A DNA stretch of 64,000 nt from Vampirovibrio chlorellavorus. Lineage in GTDB: Bacteria > Cyanobacteriota > Vampirovibrionia > Vampirovibrionales > Vampirovibrionaceae. The position numbers were made by a program, and so were the translations under genes. Below, one piece after another: positions 48,515-56,514 of this stretch (position 1 is its first letter; each line of letters starts with the position of its first letter). The stretch is taken from positions 1,805 through 65,804 of the forward strand of contig CAIPMU010000003.1 of the NCBI GenBank assembly GCA_903866275.1. Reading direction: 5' to 3'. Under the pieces are notes generated by a model that worked only from the letters and a program-made list of their open reading frames with translations, made no database searches and was not told where the DNA came from.

Positions 48515-49711
48515 TTAATAGGCTGACAACCGGTGGGCAAATTCGCGCAGGTGCTGGGCCGCTGTGACAGCGCCCTGACTTTGGGCGGCCATGGCGGCAA
48601 ACTCCTGCGCGCGGACCAAAAATTGCGGAGAATCCAGTAAAAGCTGAATGTTGCGACGCAACGCCGTCTGGTTGCGGTCTTCCAGCTCGTTATACGACAT
48701 GGTCAGGGATACGCCGAGTTCCGCCATGCGGCTGGCGTTGTTCTCCTGCTCAATCTGCTGGCTGTCTGGCACAATCAGCGAGGGACGGCCCAGCGTGAGC
48801 AGTTCCATCGCCGTGCTGTGCCCCGCTTGCGTGATTACCAGATCGGCGGCCTTGAAGTAGGGCGCGGCCTCTTTCACAAACGGATGGATCTGCACGTTGT
48901 GCGGGGCATTCTGCGTGGTAAAGCTGGAAATAATGATAAAGTTCACATCGCCCATGTGGCGGGCGGCTTCCACAATGGCGTCGAATAGCGGGCGGCGGTA
49001 CTCATGCCCGCCCAAGGACGCCACAATCAGTGGGTTGATGCCCTGCTTGGCGATGGGCTGGATTTCATCCGCGCTCCAGGCGACTAAGGGGCCGACAAAG
49101 CGGGTGCGCTTTTTGACCGGGTAGTTGTCCGAGAGATTGGGTAGGCAAATGCTATACGGCGGCGAGAAATCCGGGATCAGAATTTCTTCCGCGCTGGACA
49201 GCCAGAGCTTCATGACCCATTCAAACGAGCGGCCGAACAGTTTAACCAGCGCCGAATCGCGCTCAAAAAACGGATAAAACGCGCTCTGGTTGGTGACTAC
49301 AATGCAAGGCAAGTCCAGTCGCTCAGCGGCCAGTACGGGGGCAATGCGTCCATCGGCGACCACCAGCGTCACCCCGTGGCGGCGAATGATGTCCATCTCT
49401 TCCTGCACAATCTGGTTCAGGCCCAAAGCTCGCGCCGGGTTGCTCAGGATGGTCTTGCCCACATCAAAATGGCCCTCGGAGCCGACGAATTTGACTTCCT
49501 GACTGACTTCCACGCTGGGGTAATCGTAAGAGCGGATGCGCTCCAGCGCGTAACTATAGGAGGCTAGCAGAATCTCTCCGGCCTTGAACTGGCGGGCCAG
49601 CGCCAGCGCCCGGCTGGAATGCCCATAGCCTTCGCTGCTGACGGAAAAGTAAATCTTGTCCCGCAGTTGGGGTACGTTTTTTTTGCGTTTACCAATTTGC
49701 AGCAGAGACAT
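48515..49711 (-). CDS. UDP-glycosyltransferase, GT-B fold (GT1/GT28, MGT/MurG-like)
   Basis: N-terminal SSEGYGHSSRALALA (glycine-rich acceptor loop); C-terminal HSTAMELLTLGRPSLIVP...QEQNA donor-binding motif. Confidence 0.7.
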   Translation of the reverse strand: MSLLQIGKRKKNVPQLRDKIYFSVSSEGYGHSSRALALARQFKAGEILLASYSYALERIRSYDYPSVEVSQEVKFVGSEGHFDVGKTILSNPARALGLNQIVQEEMDIIRRHGVTLVVADGRIAPVLAAERLDLPCIVVTNQSAFYPFFERDSALVKLFGRSFEWVMKLWLSSAEEILIPDFSPPYSICLPNLSDNYPVKKRTRFVGPLVAWSADEIQPIAKQGINPLIVASLGGHEYRRPLFDAIVEAARHMGDVNFIIISSFTTQNAPHNVQIHPFVKEAAPYFKAADLVITQAGHSTAMELLTLGRPSLIVPDSQQIEQENNASRMAELGVSLTMSYNELEDRNQTALRRNIQLLLDSPQFLVRAQEFAAMAAQSQGAVTAAQHLREFAHRLSAY

Positions 49712-51110
49712 CAGTGTTACCGGCTTTCAGTCGGTTATACAGGCCCAGAACGCCAAAGATTAGAATGGGTGCCCCAATCAGCAGAAACATGGTTTGTACC
49801 CCGACTTGTTCCACCGCTAACCCGGCAATCAGCACGGGCAGTGTGGAGGATGTACTGAGGATGGTAAATTGGACGCCAAACACCTTGCCCCGCTTGTCTT
49901 CCGGGATGAGCTCCTGCAACAGGGCCTGCAAGGGAATAGCGATAAACGACGCCGCCACACCCATAATCACCGAGAGGGTGTAGGTGTAGAGCATTCTCAT
50001 CGTAAAGCGCACTTCATCCAGATTCAACACGCCCGTGGACAGTTTGGGCAAGTGATACACATAGTCTTTTTGCGGAATGAGTCCCACTAACGTGAGCAGT
50101 ACCAGACACAGCCCCACGAAGGTAAAACCGCTAAACACCATTATGCCTCGGCGGGCGTGATGAAAGGAATGCCCGACCCAGAAAGCGCCTGCTGCCATAC
50201 CTACTCCGCTAAAGGCGATAATATAGGCGAACTTGCGAGCGGCCACTTGGGGATCGCTGAACAGGTAGGTCTTGGCAAAGCTGATAAAGAGAATGCACAG
50301 CGCCACCATCGCGGAAAATAGCAAGGCCAGCTTGAACATGGCGTTGCGTACCAATGGATTCGCCTTGATAAAGCTCAAGCCGTCCCGGATCTCCTCGAAA
50401 AAACGGCTGAAGGATTCCTGCATGTTGGCAGGCGGGCGCACCCCGTCGGCCATCTGGCAGAGGGGCGGGGTTTTCACAAAGCCCAGCGAGAGGCTGGCCA
50501 GCAGGAACAGCCCGGAAATGGCCCAATGCACATTATTCAGCGAAAACAGGTTAATCAGCGGATCGCCCAAGGCAAAGCCGAAAATGACCGCAGCCATCAT
50601 GGTGGTGGTAAACAGGGAATTGGCGGTCAGCAGGCAGCGCCGACTCACAATCATGGGAATGGTGGCGGCTTCGGCGGGCACAAAGAATTGCGTGGCTGCG
50701 GAAATCAGGAAGGCCACCAGATAAATGGCCCAGCCTCCCGTAGCCTCGGCGGCCCAGGGGATGAGGGCGACCAGGGTGGCCCGTAGCAGGTTGGTGCTCA
50801 CCAGCACCGCGCGACGGGGCCAGCGATCCACAAACACTCCCGCAATGGCCGTCAGGAGGACCGCAGGAATGGTAAAGGCAATGTAGAGAAAGCTGCTATA
50901 ACGATCGCTGGGCCCAAAGTGCCGCACAATCAGGCTGATAAAGACCACAAAGATAATACGATCCGCAATTTGGGAGAAGATTTGCCCCACCCAAAGCGCC
51001 ATGAAGTTGCGGTTTTTCAGTATGGCCTGATAGCCCTGACCGGGATGGGCCAAGGCGTCAATCAGTTCTTCCGGTGAATTATCGGTTAGTGGCGTCTGAA
51101 GCGACATCAA
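49689..51110 (-). CDS. MFS transporter
   Basis: 12-14 TM helices; motif A VDRWPRR; 23-nt overlap with the downstream GT gene, so likely co-operonic. Confidence 0.8.
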   Translation of the reverse strand: MMSLQTPLTDNSPEELIDALAHPGQGYQAILKNRNFMALWVGQIFSQIADRIIFVVFISLIVRHFGPSDRYSSFLYIAFTIPAVLLTAIAGVFVDRWPRRAVLVSTNLLRATLVALIPWAAEATGGWAIYLVAFLISAATQFFVPAEAATIPMIVSRRCLLTANSLFTTTMMAAVIFGFALGDPLINLFSLNNVHWAISGLFLLASLSLGFVKTPPLCQMADGVRPPANMQESFSRFFEEIRDGLSFIKANPLVRNAMFKLALLFSAMVALCILFISFAKTYLFSDPQVAARKFAYIIAFSGVGMAAGAFWVGHSFHHARRGIMVFSGFTFVGLCLVLLTLVGLIPQKDYVYHLPKLSTGVLNLDEVRFTMRMLYTYTLSVIMGVAASFIAIPLQALLQELIPEDKRGKVFGVQFTILSTSSTLPVLIAGLAVEQVGVQTMFLLIGAPILIFGVLGLYNRLKAGNTDVSAANW

Positions 51111-51237
51111 CTGTTTCCTGTGGTTTATAAAGGCCCTTCAGGCGGTCCGAGCTTGAGTCTTAATATTGTACTGCAAGCGGCTGAAGTGGCAAATGAAAAC
51201 CGTTTCAGCCGCTTAGGGCCATAAGGTGACAATGCGC

Positions 51238-52062
51238 CTAGGCACCCACCGAGGTGGTAGCGTCCCGCTGAGCGGACAGCATTTCGGGTTGAGCCATTTC
51301 CATGAGCTGAAACACCAGATCATAAGCGCGTAGGGGCTTTTCCAGCACCTGCTTCAGGTAATACTGCAAAAACTTTTGAGCCTTATAAAGCGCTGAAAGC
51401 TCCCAGCCGGGCTGATGCGGGTTGTTCAGTACCCGCAAGCTGGTGGTGGAAACATTCACCCATTGCTCGCCGAAGCCTCCGGTTGTAATGAGGTGCTTGC
51501 GCTTCTCGGCGGGGGTGGTCACTCCACCCAGCTGTGAGCAGAAGCAGTAATAGACTGTGGTTGGATCCAACGGCGCATGGGTCAACACGCAGGCGTTGAG
51601 GACGGGATGAATCCCGGCCCCTTGAAGCATGGCCAGCTGAAACTCAATGGCAATGGGGGTAATCTCGCTTTCTTCTGCCTGATCCAGCAAAGAAAGCGTC
51701 TGTTTGAGATCCTGAAACACCTGCTCGCTGTCGGTATCCACCGAGATGCGGTTGACCAGTTCCGCAAAAAGCTGCCCATAGGCCAGCTTGAACAAGTCAG
51801 AACGCACGCCGGTGAAGGTTTCCCGCGGCTGGTACTGGCACAGGCGATCCAGGCTTTTGCCCTTGCTCAGTTCCACCTCACTGATGTTGAGGGGCTGGCA
51901 AGCCCCTGCTAGCTTGCTTTTAGGCTTTTTTGCGCCCTTTACAATCGCCGAAATCTTCCCATGCTCGGGCGAGTACAGGTGCAGAATCTGATCCGCCTCG
52001 CCAAAATCGTAGGCGCGCAGGCAGATGACTTCGGTGGTGTATGTTTTGGCGGTAATCGCCAC
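51238..52062 (-). CDS. recO: DNA repair protein RecO
   Basis: N-terminal OB fold (EVICLRAYDFGEADQILHLYSPEHGKISAIVKGAKK); Cys-rich CxxC...C region (CFCSQLGG); 274 aa. Confidence 0.8.
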   Translation of the reverse strand: MAITAKTYTTEVICLRAYDFGEADQILHLYSPEHGKISAIVKGAKKPKSKLAGACQPLNISEVELSKGKSLDRLCQYQPRETFTGVRSDLFKLAYGQLFAELVNRISVDTDSEQVFQDLKQTLSLLDQAEESEITPIAIEFQLAMLQGAGIHPVLNACVLTHAPLDPTTVYYCFCSQLGGVTTPAEKRKHLITTGGFGEQWVNVSTTSLRVLNNPHQPGWELSALYKAQKFLQYYLKQVLEKPLRAYDLVFQLMEMAQPEMLSAQRDATTSVGA

Positions 52063-52271
52063 AGTGAAAGGCTCCGTGGGTTGCTGTAAGAGGACAGGCG
52101 TGGATTCAGAGTAACAGCTTGTCCTTATTGTAGTGCAGATTTTTCATGAGTATCGTTTTTGATCAGCCTGCAAACGGGGACGTTCTAACCCCCTTCAAAG
52201 TTCACGACGGATGGGGTGGCTGAAAAAGTGCTTGGCAACTTTGGCGGGTTTATGGTTTCTTAATAAACATC

Positions 52272-52376
52272 ATGAATCAACTCTCTCGCCAACATCATAA
52301 CCACCATCATCACCATCCGCTTGTGATGGCTTATGGCGCTGTGACTGGCCTCGAGAAAGAATCTTCCCTGTTCTAA
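52272..52376 (+). CDS. His-rich leader-type peptide (34 aa; 7 His in 9 consecutive codons)
   Basis: MNQLSRQHHNHHHHHPLVMAYGAVTGLEKESSLF. Weak SD. Followed 29 nt later by an intrinsic terminator and then by the 52486 gene. Confidence 0.35.
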   Translation: MNQLSRQHHNHHHHHPLVMAYGAVTGLEKESSLF

Positions 52377-52404
52377 ACCAAGATTTTAACTCTTTCACCA
52401 ATCG

Positions 52405-52445
52405 AAACGAACCGTAAGCCGCATCGCTGACGGTTCGTTTTTGTT
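52405..52445 (+). terminator. Rho-independent terminator / attenuator hairpin
   Basis: aaacgaaccgt / aagccgcatcgctg / acggttcgttt followed by ttgtt; sits between the His-rich sORF and the downstream gene start. Confidence 0.5.
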
Positions 52446-52485
52446 ATTGGCATCAAAATTTTATCTTGAGGTTTAATCCGGTACG

Positions 52486-54381
52486 ATGAGCATTGCCCCC
52501 AACAACCCAGCCCCACAGAAGTCTCTCCGTTTTGGGAGCGGTGTTGGGCATGAGCCGAAGCTTAGTAAAGCGGCTCAGGGTGCGGAAAAGGTGATGGGCG
52601 TTCTGGGCAAGTCCCGTGGTCAGCAGATGATCATGGAAGATTTTGTGGGCTTTGGCGGTCTGCGGAGTTTGTTTGATCTGTCTCGGGGGCACATTTTCGG
52701 TACGGGGATTTTGAACTGGCCTGCGGCTTCTGAGCGCTTGATCCGGGAAGGGGCCTCTATATTCACCGATAACATGTTGAGTGGCATTGTGGCTCAATGG
52801 ATCGGGAAGGCCTTTGACGGGGGTGGCAAGTCGTTTAGTAATGGATTTACCGATTACCCAACGCTCGAAGCGTTTCAAAAAGCGGTGGGGACTGAGCATG
52901 AAGGGTTTATTGACCGCTTAAGCGCTCACCTGCTGAAGGATTCACCCAAGCGGGCCGACTTTCAAAACGCGTTATTACCGATTTGGAAAGCATTGCCCAC
53001 CAGGACTGAAAAACCCGAGGCTGCCAAGGTTTGGGCCAATACGACGAAAACCGGGCAGGCCAAGCAACTGGCCAAGGCGCTCGACCAGACCCACTTTGAC
53101 CTGAAGGTTGGGGAGCACACCTTCAAGCTGGATAACCTGCTGGATGATCTGCGAATTTTTAAAGACCACATGGCCACTCGCCTGCCCAACGGGACGGGCA
53201 ACGCCTGGGCCGAAGCCGCTCAGGATTCTATTAAAAACACGCTGACTGCCAAAAACTGGAAGCTGAGTGCCATTGCCCTGGGCATGGGCGCCACGTTTGC
53301 CGTGCCCTTCGCAAATTCGATGCTGACCCGTTGGCGTTACGGCATCAACTATTATCCCGGTGAAATGGGTCTGGGCCAGAACCGCGCCAAGCCCGGTACT
53401 CGTGGCTCGCGGGTGCCGTCTCGGGCTGGCCTGCAACAACCTTCCATCAACCCTTCTTTTAAAGAACGGCTGGAAGCCTTTGGGGAAAAACGCATGCCCT
53501 ATGTCACCCGTAAGCTGAAGGACGGGAATCCGCTGCCCTTGTTGGCGGCTCTGGCGCCACTGCCTTTCGTGGTGGGGCTGTTTGATGTGTCCGCCCGAGA
53601 GTTTGTGGGACCCAGCATCTTGAAATTATGGAATCAGACCTCTCGGCACAAGTTGCGCAATATGTTTGATTTCACGAAAGGCTGGCCGTTTACCGCCCCG
53701 CAGCAAATGGGCTCCATGTTTGCCCTGCTGATTACATCTCGGTTGATGTGCGCCCGCAGTGATAATGAATACAAGGAGCTGATGCTGGATTCCGCTTTTG
53801 GTTGGGGCTGGTGGATGGTGGGAACGCCAGTACTGCAGAAGTTTGCGGGTAAAGCCCTGGACAAAGGCTGGTTTCCGTTCGTTGATAAGACCCAGTTGAT
53901 GAACGGGAAGTCGGTACGGACTAAGGCCGAAATTGAACTTTTGGGCGAGTTGGCCGAAAAGAAATTAACCGGTGAAGCGCTGAAGGCCGAAATGGCCATG
54001 ATTCAGCGCACGATGAACGCCAGTGTCTGGATGCGGGCGATGTCAATGATTACAACGTTTGGCATACTGGGCATTGGCATACCTTACGCGGCCATTAAAA
54101 TGACCCAGCGCAACGAAGCCCGCAAGCAGAAGCGTGCGGATGCACGAGCGCCTCAACCGCTGGCGACTTTGAGTGTGCCTCTTGCCCCAGGGGTTCGTCC
54201 GGTTGCGGTTGCCCTGAATCCGTTTGGGGCATCTTCACCGGTTAATCAAACGGCGGCGATGAACGCTCCGTTTGCGATGACCCGCCCCGGTTTTGGTGCG
54301 GGTACCGTATCGCTGAACAATCCCTTGATGCCCTTGCCGTTGGTGGCGCCGGTTATGAACCGGCCGCAATGGCAGGGATAG
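52486..54381 (+). CDS. Hypothetical large membrane-associated protein (631 aa, no recognisable domain)
   Basis: About 5 predicted TM segments in the central and C-terminal part; N-terminal ~240 aa soluble; Pro/Ala-rich C-terminal tail; no recognisable catalytic motif. Confidence 0.6.
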   Translation: MSIAPNNPAPQKSLRFGSGVGHEPKLSKAAQGAEKVMGVLGKSRGQQMIMEDFVGFGGLRSLFDLSRGHIFGTGILNWPAASERLIREGASIFTDNMLSGIVAQWIGKAFDGGGKSFSNGFTDYPTLEAFQKAVGTEHEGFIDRLSAHLLKDSPKRADFQNALLPIWKALPTRTEKPEAAKVWANTTKTGQAKQLAKALDQTHFDLKVGEHTFKLDNLLDDLRIFKDHMATRLPNGTGNAWAEAAQDSIKNTLTAKNWKLSAIALGMGATFAVPFANSMLTRWRYGINYYPGEMGLGQNRAKPGTRGSRVPSRAGLQQPSINPSFKERLEAFGEKRMPYVTRKLKDGNPLPLLAALAPLPFVVGLFDVSAREFVGPSILKLWNQTSRHKLRNMFDFTKGWPFTAPQQMGSMFALLITSRLMCARSDNEYKELMLDSAFGWGWWMVGTPVLQKFAGKALDKGWFPFVDKTQLMNGKSVRTKAEIELLGELAEKKLTGEALKAEMAMIQRTMNASVWMRAMSMITTFGILGIGIPYAAIKMTQRNEARKQKRADARAPQPLATLSVPLAPGVRPVAVALNPFGASSPVNQTAAMNAPFAMTRPGFGAGTVSLNNPLMPLPLVAPVMNRPQWQG

Positions 54382-54492
54382 AAAATCCTTGAGTGCTCGG
54401 GTGTGGGATTCGGTCAGGATGAGTGCAGGCGAGGCGAAATTGGTATGTTTGTAGACCTGCTTTCGTTTGGCGTACAGAGCTCAAGCCATTAA

Positions 54493-54519
54493 AAAAGCCC
54501 TCCACGGGGGAGGGCTTTT
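54493..54519. terminator. Bidirectional rho-independent terminator (shared by the 52486 gene and rplT)
   Basis: aaaaaa-gccctcc-acggg-ggagggc-tttt. Confidence 0.6.
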
Positions 54520-54555
54520 AGTGCTTTCAAGAAGCCAAGTGAATCAGACTAACGC

Positions 54556-54906
54556 CTAGAGGGCGGCTTTCACTTGCTCGGCAATCTTGGCGAACGCTTT
54601 GGCATCGGTGGAAGCCAGTTCGGACAAGAATTTGCGGTTGAGGCTGATGCCTGCTTTTTGTACGCCGTTGATAAAGCGGCTGTAGGACAAGCCATGCTGA
54701 CGGGCAGCGGCGTTGATCCGGGCGATCCACAAGCGACGGAGATCCCGTTTCTTGTTACGACGATCGCGGTAAGCGTATTTCAGGGATTTCATGACCGCTT
54801 GGTTAGCGACCTTGAACAGTTTGCTCCGGGTACCCCGGAAACCTTTGGCCAGCTTCAGAATTTTCTTATGGCGCTGGCGGGAAGCACTTCCTCTTTTGAC
54901 GCGCAT
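54556..54906 (-). CDS. rplT: 50S ribosomal protein L20
   Basis: [25 protein letters not shown]...; 116 aa. Confidence 0.95.
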   Translation of the reverse strand: MRVKRGSASRQRHKKILKLAKGFRGTRSKLFKVANQAVMKSLKYAYRDRRNKKRDLRRLWIARINAAARQHGLSYSRFINGVQKAGISLNRKFLSELASTDAKAFAKIAEQVKAAL

Positions 54907-55015
54907 GGCGGATTTTCCTTAATGATTGGGACGGTTGAGTGTGTTGAAACGATTTCCCTGCAGGCAGGCGGGGCCGCTTCTCCCCTTGCTGAGTCGCCCG
55001 TGAAGGCGATTCACG

Positions 55016-55225
55016 CTATCTGGAATACTTGGGGTATGGCAGCTCCAAACGAATTTTCTTCTCGTTGGCGGTGCTGATCACCACATCCGGGTTCAAGCGG
55101 CGTTTGCGGCGGGAAGACTTGGTCACGTTCAAGTGACCACGGAACGCCTGAGCGCGCATCACTTTGCCGGTGGCGGTTACGCGGTAGCGTTTTGCACCCG
55201 ATTTGTGGGTTTTCATCTTGGGCAT
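55016..55225 (-). CDS. rpmI: 50S ribosomal protein L35
   Basis: MPKMKTHKSGAKRYRVTATGKVMR...; operon position between infC and rplT. Confidence 0.9.
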   Translation of the reverse strand: MPKMKTHKSGAKRYRVTATGKVMRAQAFRGHLNVTKSSRRKRRLNPDVVISTANEKKIRLELPYPKYSR

Positions 55226-55303
55226 AACTGAGAATCTCCTAGTGATAAGCCTAATTGAATACTGGACACGAACACAGGCCGAGATCGGTAACGGGTGGTT
55301 CGT

Positions 55304-55843
55304 TTACTTCTTTTTGAGAGGGCCGATATGGAGGGTGATGGTACGCCCTTCCATCCGAATGTCCCCTTCGAGGGAGCCAACGTCCTGCAAGTCTACAACA
55401 AACCGTCTGGCGAGATCAAATGCGAGGTTGGCGTGCTGGGTTTCGCGACCCTTCAAGCGGATGGAGCATTTGACCTTGTTGCCGTCATCCAGAAATTTTT
55501 TGGAGTGTTGGACTTTGGTGCCATAGTCATGGTCATCAATACGCACACCCATCTTAATTTCCTTGACTTCAACCACGTGCTGTTTTTTCTTGGCTTCACG
55601 GTTTTTTTTGTCCGCTTCGAATTTGAACTTGCCGTAATCAACCAGACGAACAACCAGCGGGGAGGAGTCAAAACTCATAATCACCAAGTCCAGACCGCGT
55701 TCTCTGGCCATATTTTCCGCGTCTCTGCGGGAGATGATTTCATTAATTTCGCCATCAATCAGGCGAACCTCGGTGGCACGGATGTCTGGGGTCAGTATTT
55801 GCGGCCCTTTGTTGACTTGCCGTTGTGGTGGAAACTTGGAAAT
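55304..55843 (-). CDS. infC: Translation initiation factor IF-3 (ATT start codon)
   Basis: Track ORF 55304..55711 lacks the N-domain. Extending upstream in frame gives ISKFPPQRQVNKGPQILTPDIRATEVRLIDGEINEIISRRDAENMARERGLDLVIMS..., beginning at ATT (55843-55841) with GGAGGG 9 nt upstream. Confidence 0.85.
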   Translation of the reverse strand: MSKFPPQRQVNKGPQILTPDIRATEVRLIDGEINEIISRRDAENMARERGLDLVIMSFDSSPLVVRLVDYGKFKFEADKKNREAKKKQHVVEVKEIKMGVRIDDHDYGTKVQHSKKFLDDGNKVKCSIRLKGRETQHANLAFDLARRFVVDLQDVGSLEGDIRMEGRTITLHIGPLKKK

Positions 55844-55948
55844 AAGAAAAGCCCTCCAGCTTGTTGCATTTAAAACTGAAAAATCAAATCCCAGGCGGAT
55901 TTGATTTCCATTATATCGCTATATTGCCCGGCGACAAGTTTGTTTAAA

Positions 55949-56029
55949 TGCGGAAGGGGGGACTTGAACCCCCACAGCTTGCGCCACATGCTCCTGAAAC
56001 ATGCGTGTCTACCATTCCACCACTTCCGC
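55949..56029 (-). tRNA. tRNA-Leu (anticodon CAG), long variable arm, CCA not encoded
   Basis: Reverse complement GCGGAAGTGGTGGAATGGTAGACACGCATGTTTCAGGAGCATGTGGCGCAAGCTGTGGGGGTTCAAGTCCCCCCTTCCGCA. 7-bp acceptor stem; anticodon loop TTCAGGA; T-loop GGTTCAAGTCC; discriminator A. Confidence 0.85.
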
Positions 56030-56410
56030 AAGGATGGGTAACCAAGAATCGGTAACAAGGTTTAGGAGTAGTAATGTAGCCCAACATCAGTGACAAATCA
56101 AGAGGCTTTTCCGCAAAAAAAGAACCGTTGCCTGGGTTGTTAAATTTTGTTTACAGAAAAACTGCAGTAGGCCAGGAAATTCACGCCTGAATGACCTGCC
56201 TGCCAGAGCGCACGGAACTGACGGGGAAAGGGTGGTGGCCTTGCGTGGGGCGTAATATGCCGCAATATTGATCCATTGGTCTATGCGGGCTGGACGATTC
56301 GCAAGGGCAGGAATTGTAGGATAACTGTACAGGTCGAGAATGATCCTCATTTTGTCTCTGTGAGACAGGGGTTGCAAGTGCCTGCCAATGCCTTGAATCA
56401 GGCAAGAATC

Positions 56411-56447
56411 GCCTCTTGTTTGTTTTCATGTGTATAGAGGCTTTTTT
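56411..56447 (+). terminator. Terminator-like hairpin plus T6 upstream of the GGDEF gene (possible sRNA 3' end or leader attenuator)
   Basis: gcctct-(20 nt)-agaggc-tttttt, preceded by a second hairpin tgcctg...caggca (56380-56405). Confidence 0.3.
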
Positions 56448-56514
56448 GTTGAAGACCTCGCCAACGGTTCAATTTGCTTGAAGAGCAGAAATGGGAAAGA
56501 TCTGAGTCAGCCTA

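Noticed and set aside
47113-48600. Full-length track ORF for the GT2 gene (start at 48600)
   Set aside because: The first ~43 residues (MPPWPPKVRALSQRPSTCANLPTGC...) overlap the C-terminus of the upstream GT gene in another frame and look non-protein-like. A start at the internal Met (48471) immediately before the first TM helix is more plausible.
52272-52376. Interpreting the His-rich sORF as a genuine hisL leader of a histidine biosynthesis operon
   Set aside because: The downstream gene is not a his enzyme and no his genes are in the window. It is kept as an attenuator-like or metal-peptide finding rather than annotated as hisL.
56087-56429. Two overlapping minus-strand ORFs (96 and 82 aa) between tRNA-Leu and the GGDEF gene
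   Set aside because: TTG or weak starts, no SD, and protein-unlike composition. The region more likely holds regulatory RNA structure (see the finding on the hairpins).
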